A stretch of 64,000 bases of DNA from Zootoca vivipara. Taxonomy: Eukaryota. The notes below the pieces were generated by a model. The model searched no databases, had not been told where the DNA came from, and saw only the letters and a list, made by a program, of their open reading frames with translations. Where the stretch lies: assembly GCF_963506605.1 (NCBI RefSeq), contig NC_083283.1, positions 59,458,001 to 59,522,000 of the forward strand, in the 5' to 3' direction. This document shows positions 26,623 to 38,600 of the stretch, piece after piece. The translations under genes were made by a program, and so were the position numbers. Each line of letters begins with the position of its first letter. Position 1 is the first letter of the stretch.

Positions 26623-29600
26623 GTATTATTATTATTTATTTTATTTATTTATACCTCGCCCATCTGGCTGGGTTCCCCCAGCCACTCTGGGCGGCTTCCA
26701 ACAGAAACATTAAAATATACTAATTTCTTAAACATTAAAAGCCTCCCTAAACAAGGCTGCCTTCAGATGTCTTCTAAAAATCTGGTAGCTGTTTTCCTTT
26801 TTGACATCTGATGGGAGGGCGTTCCACAGGGCAGGCGCCACCACCGAGAAGGCCCTCTGCCTGGTTCCCTGCAACTTGGCTTCTCGCAATGAGGGAACCG
26901 CCAGAAGGCCCTCGGAGCTGGACCTCAGTGTCCGGGCAGAACGATGGGGGTGGAGACGCTCCTTTAGGTATATTGGACCGAGGCCGTTTATCACCCATAC
27001 ATAACTCTAAGACATTAGCGTAAGCCTATGTTTTGTGGATTTTTTCAAAGCAGAAGAGTTCTCAATGAGAGACACGGGGGAAGGAGTGTTAAGCTAACTG
27101 CTCATGAGTAAATGCATTGTGTGAAGGATCAATCAGGAGAAAGATGCAAGCAATGTTCCACTAGAGATTTTTATGTACTGGTGGGAATCTGAGCACCCCA
27201 TTGCTTAGACTCACTCCATTGCTTTTATGCATTATGGATTCTAAAAGTTTGCTCCTGCATGCTAAATCCTACCTAGTTCGTAGAGTCATCTTTGGCAAAT
27301 CTCTCTCTGACTTCCTGAGATAATAAAATCCAATAGATATATTGTAATACACACTGAGCTTGCGGACTGTGGAAAATGTTCTAGACTGAAAGCATAAGCA
27401 ATAAGAAGAAACATTCCTATGTTCGAAAGCACATTAATAAATGAAACACCACTGGAAATAACTTTGGAAAATTCAAGTGGTTAAGTTCCATCTGTATGTT
27501 CCAAGGCAAAGAGAACCAAGCCAAACAATAGGAAGATGAACTACTCCAAGGCACATCAAAGCAAACTGGCTCCTCGTCCATTTTTTGTTACTTACTGGAA
27601 CCCTTAACCGAATGTCCAGGCCTTCAGCCATTTTTTCAATTATTGTTGAGTATCCCGAGTTTAAGAGCGTGTGATCTCCAGCAAACTGAGCAAAAAATTC
27701 ATTGTGATCCCAGGAGCGTGCAGAAACCTGTAAGGAGAACAGAATTCTTTTCGCTGAACAGTTTGAACACAACACCTGAAGAGCCAATGTGATGCAGCGG
27801 TTAAGAATGTGGGACTAGCATCTAGGAGGCCATGATTCTTCTGTCGCACAAGTCCATCCCATGCTCACCTCATGGAGGTTGCTGCCACAGGCGTATTCAA
27901 GGTTACTGACATGGAACTGAAGGACTTTTTCCTCGAGATCACTGAACTGAATACCAGATTCCTGAATAAAAACTTTATAGATCTCCTGGATTTTATCTGC
28001 AAATAATAAATATATCCAATCATTATCAACAAATAATCATTTTTTCCTTACAATTTCATCCTACTTTTAAGTGTTCCTGTTTAATTTTAAAATGAAGCTG
28101 TACCAAAATAGTTCCTGCTGCTCCTGTCAAAATATAAATATTATAGGCGTGATCCAGTTAAAGTTGCACACTTTTAAGTGACAACTATTTCAAAATAGAG
28201 TTAAATGCATGCTTATCATATTTTCCACTGAAACTGATATGGCTTTAAAGTGCCCAGCCTTCCTTAATTGTGTGGCAGCACTTTTCTCACACACATGGGC
28301 TACCAGCAGAAGTAACTGCCACCAAACATACTCATACACCAGTCTGGTTTGCACATCACTATGATTTAAAGCAGGCGTCCCCAGACTTCAGCCCTCCAGA
28401 TGTTTTGGATTACAATTCCCATCTTCCCCAACCACTAGTCCTGTTTGCTAGGGATCATGGGGGTTGTAGGCCAAAACATCTGGAGGGCCGCAGTTTGGGG
28501 GTGCCTGATTTAAAGGATGATGGGGCATGGAACAAAAACATGACTGCTTCATTCCTCCCCTGTTTCTGCTGAACTGCTAGAAGCTAAGCCATGGTTTGGC
28601 TTAACATTAGCATCTGAACCTAGGCTCATGGTTTGTTTCCTCCTCAACAAACCTTAAATGGTAAAAGTAGAGGACAAACCTTGGTTACAGTTCATGGTCT
28701 GTTTAGAGCAGGCATCCCCAAACTTCGGCCCTCCAGATGTTTTGGACTACAATTCCCATCCTTCCTGACCACTGGTCCTGTTAGCTAGGGATCATGGGAG
28801 TTGTAGGCCAAAACATCTGGAGGGCCGCAGTTTGGGGGCGCCTGGTTTAGAGAGAGAGAAACCACGAGTATCTGGACAAAATGCTTGGTCAAATTAGCTC
28901 CCAGCAATGCAGCAGCTGCAGGAATAATGCTAAGCAGCAGTGATTTTCATTCTGTGCACCAGCACACTGCACATTCATTCACAACTATGGTTTAAAGTTA
29001 CTGCAAACCAGCCTATTAACTTCTCCACTGCTAGGCCACAGCAAGCCTACTACAAGACACTTTATTTTCAGGGCTCAGCACTTTACAACTCTCCCAGATT
29101 CTATGTAAAGGAAACTGGAATACTATACTCAGAAATAATTCCTGCACATTGCTAATTGTGTGCAATTTGGTATAATCTCTTCTGGGACTGTCACTTGGTT
29201 AAAGAAATCCAAGTTGGTTGGTTGTAGGAGTTTTAATAATGTCAATTAGTTTGCATATTAATAAAACAGGGACTGAGGAAAATGTATTCCAAGTAATTTA
29301 TTCACTTTATGATGTCACTACATCTACTGCTGTCACTTGGCTATTGTTTTTCAAGGATATATTGTTCATAAAGGATGTAAGGTTATTTCCCCCATTTGAA
29401 TTGCTGCTGCTGCTGTCTTTTAACATTACATAAATGTTTGAATATTATTGCATAATTATCTGTTATATAATTATGGTATTTGAACTATTTGCAATTGCTG
29501 CAAAATGCCTTCTGAGGGCAGGAACTCAGAAAAGCCTATTAAATCATTTCCATATATTAAAAATAACTGCTCATATTAGTAACAGAAGAAGAGTCATTGC

Positions 29601-32600
29601 CAATAGCAACATACAAGGTACTAGGCCCAAGAAATCCTGTTTGCCCCCTGGGCCTAATGAAATTGCTCTGAATAGCCCACAATCTTCTGTCAAAGGTCAT
29701 TCAAATGCAACAAAATACAAGAACTGAAAGCTGAGCTGGCACAAATATCTGAGACAACTTCTACAGGTGCTCCTTTATCCCCATTGCACTATGTGTCATG
29801 TGGCTCTTCATTGTTTCTACTTACCTCCAAGAGGAATATCCTGATGCTGATTTTTGTCTTTTCTCCAGTCTGCTACAACATCAAGGATAGAATTGAAATG
29901 GAAGTCCATGCGCTTGTCTATAGTGGGGTCAGTTATCCTTCCACCTTCCTGAATTAGATCACACTTCTCTCCAATTTTATGCATTTTAATGCCCAGCTTT
30001 AAAAAGACAGGGATTTTGAACGTGGGAGAAGTAGATAATCAGTTACTGTCACGGGATACAAACCTTAATTTTCATTGTTTATTTGTTTAATTTATATCCC
30101 TCCCTCCCAAACGACCACAATTTTCATTGATGTCAACACCAACCAACCAATAAAAGCTAAACATCTTCAGTGAGGGTTTTATATTATAGGAATCAGAATT
30201 ATTTCATTTATTATAGTAAGCATCAACTCTGAAGAATCACCATTCTAAGTAGTAAGTGGACTAGCACTTGAAAAAAAGACTATTCTGTTCTTTACAGCAA
30301 ATTGCTAGCTTCCCTAAATATGTGATGTAACTCATTGTTTTACTTAAAGTATCATACGAGAGAAGAAAAAAATGTATGAACAGAAAGCCTGGTTGAAACA
30401 CTTGGCAACGTTTTCAAATGTTATTTGTAGAACTTCCTGCTCCTAAGGTAACGACCTTTCATTATCTCATTCCTCTTTACAATCCTACAATTAGACCTTT
30501 AATGTAACTCTTTCACAAATAGTAAAACAAAGTTGAAGAACAGTTACTTTCCCAAAGTGACCCAATACACCTGTAGCTCAAGTGGGATGTGGATTCTGAG
30601 CTGCCTGAAAAACCTCTCTAATAAGAAAGTTAACTTTAGGATCAGTGTATATTAATTCATAAGCTTCAGAAGGACAATGTTTTCATGAATAAAAATGCAA
30701 ACCCACTTGCTCACACATTAGTGCTACTGGATTGTTGACACAGCCGTTCACTATCTGTGGCCCTTTTCCCACAGTAATCCCTTTGAAAGTCTTATCGTCC
30801 CACACGCGGCCCCCAATTCTGTCCTTCGCTTCTAACACAAGAACCTGCAACATACAAAAGGAGCAGCGGTGGTAAGGAACACTACTATGAAACAAAAATC
30901 TTTCCACAGTTAACCAAACAATGCCAAGGTGGTCAATCAATAATAGATCATTATACTAGGAGTTTACCAAGTTTTTATGAGAATTTTAATTGGTGAATCC
31001 TAAACCTCAGAGGCGGACGCGGGTGGCGCTGTGGGTTAAACCACAGAGCCTACCGTAGGGCTTGCTGATCAGAGGGTCGGTGGTTCGAATCCCTGCGATG
31101 GGGTGAGCTCCCGTTGCGCAATCCCTGCTCCTGCCCACCTAGAAGTTCGAAGGCACGTCAAAATGCTTTCGATAAATAGGAACCACGACGTTTCCGTGTG
31201 CTGCTCTGGTTCGCCAGAAGCGGCTTTGTCATGCTGGCCACATGACCCGGAAGCTGTACGCTGGCTCCTTCGGTCACACTTCTTTGAAGTCTCTCAGCCC
31301 CACTCACCTCACAGAGTGTTCTTCTTCTTCTACTCGGGTAGCAGCAGCAAAGTGTAGATATGCCAGAAGAGGAGGAGACAGAAATGTTGAAATGCCATAC
31401 TTTATTTGAAAAGGTCTTACCTTAATTCCAAAGTTCTTAAGTTGTCTTGCAGCTGCTAATCCAGCAGGACCAGCCCCAACCACAATGACAGATTTCTTAA
31501 ATGAAGAAGAAAAGTAAACTAGCGATACTAGCATTCTTTTGAGACTAGCAAGACTTTTTTCTAAGTAAGTCTCAGAACAATTTGAATCATTGTTCAGATA
31601 AAATTCTGTTCCTGCTGAAGGGTTTCATTAGAAGTTGAGCTAGTGCTATAATATCAACCAAAAAGGAGGACAGTGAAGAGAAAGTATCCTAGCCTGAGCT
31701 GAACGACAGCAGACGATTTTGTCTGTGCCAATTTTGACAGTTCTTGAGAAGCCATGAGCCCCTGAAGAAGAGTTTGGTCACTGGCCAAGACGTCCTAGAA
31801 GGCCAACCCCTTTCACTTTTTACCCTTAAAAGGAGTCCTTTCTCCCTTCACCCTCCTTGTCCCATCAGAATCCCCTAGAACCAGTTTATTAGTACTCTGT
31901 ATTTTAAAATACTTACATTATGGTAGTCTTTGGGCAGAAGAGGTTGGTCAGGATTAACTGACAAGACCCCTGTGTTAATCAGACCTTTCCTGGTCATAAA
32001 ATGAAGTATTCGCTCTGTCTCCCGCACACAGCGAATGCGTACAAGGCCTCGAACAATGATGTGATGCGTACATTTCTGAGGGGTTAGGGCTTCCTGTGCA
32101 TTGAAGGATGGGGGGAAAGGAGGCAAGAATTTGACTGCTGCTGGAACAATATAGCAAACTGTCCTTCAGATGGTGATGCTCAACAGCTAATCTACATCTC
32201 CCAGATCAACAAAGTGTCAAAATTACCATCCAAGTAAACTTTCAGTCATGTACCTGTGTACTGAAAAGCATGAAGTTACTGTATAAAAAGAAAAGCACCT
32301 GAAATTTAAATATAAGAGACTGCCCTCAGAGCTGAGTATATGCATATATGTGTCAGAGGATACAGCTCCCTTCCTACAAGAGTATCCTTTCCTCACTCAC
32401 AGCAAGGGGATTACATGCATCTGCCCAGAAACTGCTGTAGCAAAGTTCTTAAGAACATAAGAGCCTTCCTGGATTAGGTCAAAGACCCTTCTAATCTAGC
32501 ATCCTATTCTCATAGTGGTCAACAAGATGCCTATGAGAAGCCTGCAAGCAACACAACAGCACTCTCCCCATACAGTCATATCTTGGTTTAAGTACGCTTT

Positions 32601-35600
32601 GGTTTGAGTACTTTCAGTTTAGGTACTCCGCGGACCCGTCTGGAACAGATAAATCCACTTTCCATTACTTTCAATGGGAAAGTTCGCTTCAGGTTAAGTA
32701 CGCTTCAGGTTAAGTACAGACTTCCAGAACCAATTACACTCATCCTTTGGGTTAAGTATGCTTCAGGTTGAGTACTCTGCGGACCCGTCTGGAACAGATT
32801 AATCCACTTTCCATTACTTTCAATGGGAAAGTACGCTTCAGGTTAAGTACAGACTTCCGGAACCAATTGTGTACTTAAACCGAGGTACCACTGTACTTGT
32901 ATTTATCAGCTCTCCAGCTTTACTTAACCAGCCTTCAGGTAGTTATGTTTCCATCTGGTTGCTACAGCTGTTGTGCCAGAGGACACTGGAGGGACCTTGA
33001 GACATCCCTCCAGTGGAGGGATCTTGAGACAGTGCTTATCTCCCTCCAGTCCAGTTCTACCCAGATCTTTTCCCATTTCCCCATCTAAACTACAGGTACT
33101 CTTTCCATGTAGACAGGTTTCCTCACCCTTTCAATGTGGGAGTGGGCAGCTTTGTATGGAAAAAGCCCCATCTGCACACCTGGGAATTTGGATCATATTG
33201 TGAAGGAACACTGGCCTCACCATGATGCCTTGTTTTCCTCAGTAGGTGGAGGGTTTCCTGTGAAGAGTTATTTCATTTGCTCCAAAGGCACAGCCTGGTC
33301 AGTCACTGCAACCTTTTGTCTTACCATGAGCAGAGTTCCACCCTCCCACTGCAGCAGGGATGAGGGATGAGGTCCACCAGATGTTGCTGGACTACCACTC
33401 CCATCATCACTGACCATTGGCCATACTGGCTTGCACAGACAGATGTCCCACAACATCTGGAGAGGCGCAGGTTCCCCATCCCTGCTCTAGAAAATCCCAA
33501 TTGCTGCAGGGCCAGCAGGACTGAAATGGGATGGGGGGTCATCCCCTACTGAAAAGCAAAAACCATAATGATTGAGAAGGCCTTGCCTATGGAGCAAGTG
33601 GGAGTAGGAAACCAGGACAAGGGAAGTTTAGGTTGATATATTTTAAAAGTGAGATGATAATCTTTGGGGGGCAAACATTCAGCCATGCTTACTTTGCAGT
33701 TTGTGTACCACAGAGCCAAAATGAGGTTTCTCAGAGCTAGGTACATGGTGGGGTCTCGTGAATATTCTGGAAACTCATAGAGTTCATCTAGTTCCATTAC
33801 ATCTGGTCTCACACACAGTGCTTTACCACATTCGTTGGGCTGGTAGAAAGGCTGGAAGTACTTGTTCATCCCTGGAAGGCAACATACAACATGGAATGAG
33901 ATGCATGTAGCATCTCCGTGAGCCGTCACGGTAGCTTAATAAAAAGGCACAAAGCTCTAGGACATGTAAACAAATGTGAACTCTATTACAGGTACTTGCA
34001 ACATATACTAGGATAATACTAGGTAAGGAAGGGCTCATAAGAACCGTGACTTCTGCTTACAGCAATTATTTACGGTGCTTACAGAGCTCCTCTCTGCCCA
34101 AAACTCCTTAGTGGACCTCGAGCATATGCACCAAAGTGTTGCTTACAGGAAGAATATGCCTATACTACATGCTCACAAATATAAATGACACAAATATTAC
34201 AAAGTATACATGGTTGATGGTCAGTCTCATTCGTAAGAAGACAAGACGTTCTATTTCACCTTAATATAGAAAAAGTACTCTCGTACCATGGAAAATGAGG
34301 CTTTCAATAGCTACTAGGAGGGGGCAGAAAAGTACTCGTAGCTTACCAGCTATAGTAGGTGGAGTCTTTAAGTGCTCCATTTTTATTGCATTGGATTCAC
34401 CAACCAACCGGTGAGTACTGGTACAAGAGGGACTCATGCCCACACAGTCTGGGTAGTATGCAGACAGCAAAGGAGCAGCCACACTGTCCTTCAGCAAAGG
34501 CGGAAGGATGAGCATGGAATACCACCAGTGATCTGAAACTTCAGCAACTCTCTATGAAGGGATGGAAGAAAGAGTCAGGAAGAAGATTTAAAGCTTTTGT
34601 TACCATATTATCTCTCAGTCCCAATGACACCTAAAAGACATAGGCCATTTCTGACTGCTCTACCAGGAGTGTAGGGAAGCTTCTACATGAAAATGCCTTT
34701 CTCATACCAATGTAGCTTACTCTAACTGGTCAGAATTCTAATATGGGACTAGGTGATGTGGTTCTCAACCATCCATCACTTTGAGGTGATTTGCACTAAC
34801 AAAACAGCAGTAGGTCTGAGAGCTGAGATTTTGCAAGGGCAGCCCCCAAGGTAGAGCTTTTCTGCTTTGCCCTTTTAAAAATAGAAATAAAATACAAGTG
34901 CTCCTCACCGTTTGAACACAATACAATAATTCTAGTCACACAAACACCCTAATATACCAATCATCAAACTAGTAATCACATCAACACTAATAAGCTGAAT
35001 AAAGTCTTTTCCTTAGACAACAGCTAGGCTCTTTCCTAAAGTCTCCAGTTCCGAAGTAAGAATGTTACCCAAACAGTATTTACTACTAAGCCTGCACCTC
35101 TTGTGTTTCTCACAGTTACAATTCATTCTGATACCACAAGCAGGACTTTCCTAACACATTGCTTACCAGATCCTCAGGCATGGAGCACTGGTCTGGGCCT
35201 TCCACCTGAAACAAATACAAAACTTTCAGACAACAGAATATCTCCTCTGACTTGCATGCAAGAGCAACACTGAAGAAATGGCATGACTTTTGTTAATAAA
35301 AGCCACGACACTTAGGGCCAAACTGCACATTCCACTCAATGGCATGTTTTAAAAAACCCAAAAGAAAGGAAGCTTTGGGAAGGGCTGGAGTGGGAAAGTG
35401 GCCAGGGAAGAAGGTGTCAAGCTTTTCCACCCACCTGCCAGTTTTCTGGTGCCACCCTCACAGTTTAAAATGCATATAAATCCTTGCGTGTATTGCAGCA
35501 GTATAAGGGTGTCTCCAGGCAAACAATGCACAATTGTTTTAAGCCTGGGGCTCACGTTGGCCTATAGAAACAACCAAACCAACCTGCATTTTCAGTACAT

Positions 35601-38600
35601 TTGAGGGTTGAAGGTACCTTTGTGGAATTGTTCAGTTTCATGCCACAGCGGTATGTTTTGGCTATTTGCGAGGTAAGCTGGATTTCCTTTGTCAGCTGCC
35701 GCCATTTCCCACACTCTGGCTTTGTACACTGGACCTAGAGATGAAAAGGACAACGTTGCTCGGTACATCAAGAAACAAAGGCACACTAATAAGATCAGAG
35801 ACAGGTCTCTCAAAACTTCAGGAAGACTTCCTTAAGCAGCAGACATGTGCCTACATTTTCCCCATCAACTTCGTATGAGTGTGCGTTTTGAGGTGACCCT
35901 TCCTTTCTCAGGAGAGGTAAATCAAAGGCTATTCAACCAATTGATTCCAGCAGGAAGTGAAAAGCTAACTGTTGGGATGATCAGCCTGTAGACAAAACGT
36001 TGCCTTCTAATTTATGAAAGCCTTTCCTCCCTAAACTGCAAGGCACAGATCTTATAGTCATATAGGTTATTAAGCAAGTACTTGTACTCCTTCCCTCACC
36101 TTTCTGGTTCTCTCTTTCTCTTCAGCCTGCAGCTTCCAACTGCCCTAACTGAAATCCTAACTGCTCTTGGAACCCCAGGATCCACTCTCATCTCAGGAAA
36201 GAAGGATAATCATTTTGAGGTTCCGTAAGCTCCACAACCAATCCGAAACCCCTTCTTTTCTAATAATCAGCATATAACCTATACCTCTTCATCTATACCT
36301 GATCATGTCTGCTTCAGTCCATCCTATCAGTATTGGGGAGAAATGAACCACAATCTCTGGCTTAAAATTACATCCAGACTAGAGGTCATTGTGCTCCAAA
36401 CATATCACAATCAGTAAGCCAGAACAAACCTTTGCTTATCTCTGTGGTCTGTTTGGAGTGAAACAAGTGAAAAATCCCTGGTTTAGGCATAATGCTAAAC
36501 CAGGTATGGTTTGTTTCTTTCATGTGCTAGTTCAGTGTAGCAACTTTCCAGAATTTCAGACAAATGATTTTCCCAGCCTCACCTGGAGATGCCAGGGTAT
36601 GAACCTGGTACTTTCTGCATACACAAGACATGTGGCCTGCTGCCAAATATTGTATGCTTCGTTCATTTTATTTTCACTTTCAACTCCAAGGTTAAAACAA
36701 TACTAATCAACAATCAAATCCATTGCTTAACACTTCCTTCAAACACACTTACTGGGAAGGGAAATAAAAAATGAACATGCACTACTTTCACAGTGTTATG
36801 TCATCATGAATAAAGCCCTCACCCAGTAAGGGAGCTGTTGATCAGCCATAAAAGCTTTAGGGCTGGGTTCACTTTTTCCATTACTGGTCCAAATCCTTTT
36901 CCAGGCAGTGTATTTTTCGTAGCCATCTTTATGACTAAAAGGAGGAACAAAGGAAATGTTAAGTAGAGGGAAGGAATCGCCTACACATGGTTTGTTATAT
37001 TTTAATTGACAGTTCATCCCAAACATGGAATGCCTAGAAAAAGAAATATGTATTAAGACAACATGATCCTGGCCACAGTATTTGTTTTCCTAAGCAAGCA
37101 TAGAAGTTGCAAAGCTCAACTTCAAGGCAATATTGTGCATGATTTTTATTTTGTTTAATCTGATAAATTAGGTGCCCTTATTATGGATACCCAAATCTAT
37201 ACAATGGCTTCAGTGTTGGAATAGCTTCCCTCCCTCCCTCCAAACTTGGTCTCCCAGTGCAGCCTGGCTTTAGCAGACAGCCTGTTCCAAGAAAGCGTTT
37301 TTGCCCAGTTTACTGATGTTGCTTTGTGCATTTTCTAGCTGAGAGCATTTTGTCAAAATGTTCAGCAGTTCAGAACAGACAGAAAGGCCTATTAAAGTTA
37401 TCCTGGGAGTGTAGATACTTAGCTGGTCCAGCTTCCTACAAACATCCAAAACAGTCGTACCTTGGAAGTCGAATGGAATTCGTTCCAGAAGTCCGTTAAA
37501 CTTCAAAAATGTTAAGAAACCAAAGTGCAGCTTCTGATTGGCTACAGGAAGCTCCCGCAGCCAATCAGAAGCTGTGGAAGCCTGATCGCAAACCAGAACA
37601 GTCACTTCTGGGGTTGTGGCATCCGGGACCCAAAACGTTCGAGAAGTAAGCTGTTTGAAAACCAAGGTATGACTGTATATCCTTTTAAAAGAATACACTC
37701 CCGCATCCCCACCTTTAAAAGCATTCATTGCCTTTGCCCAGAGTTGCTTTGAAAAGGAAGCGGTTAGGTTATTGTGCAAGTATCACTCCCACAGCCATTG
37801 TTGGCATTTCTTGATAAATTCAAACCCCTGCAATTTATAGCCATTATAAATGCAGCACTGTTGTTTTCAGCCTCATTTCAAAATTAAATCACAATGGGTA
37901 GCAAAGCACAGCAATTATGTACATTACCTTCCATATCTTATTTCTTTAACCAGATCAAGATTAAAATGTTTTGCCATTGCATTAACACACTTTCAGTTGC
38001 ATCCTGTCCCCACCCCTTAAAAAAAGCAATTACTTAAAAAAAGAGAAAGAATACCTTCGGTAGTAATGATCAAAACATTCATTACAGAAATGTTCCCCAC
38101 AGGAGAGGTGATACCATCTTGATGTGTAGCCATTTTTAGCACACCTAAACCAGAAGAAAACAGAAAAGACTAAATTTATTGAAAGGACATGCTTTGTCCT
38201 GCAATTTGAAAATACTTTAGATTGCCGCACGTTAGCAGTTGATTAATAAAACAACAAACAACAACAACAACAACAACATATTATTTATACCTTGCCCAGC
38301 CACTCTGGGTGGCTCCCAACAGATTAAAAACAGAATAAAACATCAAACATTAAAAACTTCCCTAAACAGGGCTGCCTTCAGATGTCTTCTAAAAGTCAAG
38401 ATAGTTGTTTATTTCTCATGGGAGAGCGTTGCCACTACCAAGAAGGCCCTCTGTCTGGTTCCCTGTAACCTCACATCTCACAGTGAGGGAACCACCAGAA
38501 GGCCCTCGGAGCTGGACCTCAGTGGCTGAACAATGGAGGTAGAGATGCTCCTTCAGGTATACTATGAAGCACCTTCTACTTGTTTAAAAATATAATCCTG

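Larger units (their letters stand above)
28342..29012. mobile_element. Older foldback/MITE-like element interrupted by two hAT MITEs
   Basis: Terminal inverted match CTGGTTTGCA / TGCAAACCAG and internal inverted similarity between arms; boundaries approximate. Confidence 0.5.

Noticed and set aside
32573-32893. Repeat-spacer-like pattern suggestive of a CRISPR array
   Set aside because: Eukaryotic intron; the intervening segments are duplicated rather than unique, and the unit has TIRs and TA duplications.
36100-36191. Possible 92-nt cryptic or poison exon in KDM1B (donor AAG|gtgagg)
   Set aside because: The only nearby acceptor is a weak GAG, and there is no other support without RNA data.
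37270-37779. 169-aa minus-strand ORF in a KDM1B intron
   Set aside because: Runs through a Tigger-like MITE (37452-37675), lacks an ATG start and shows no transposase motifs; the KDM1B chain is complete without it.
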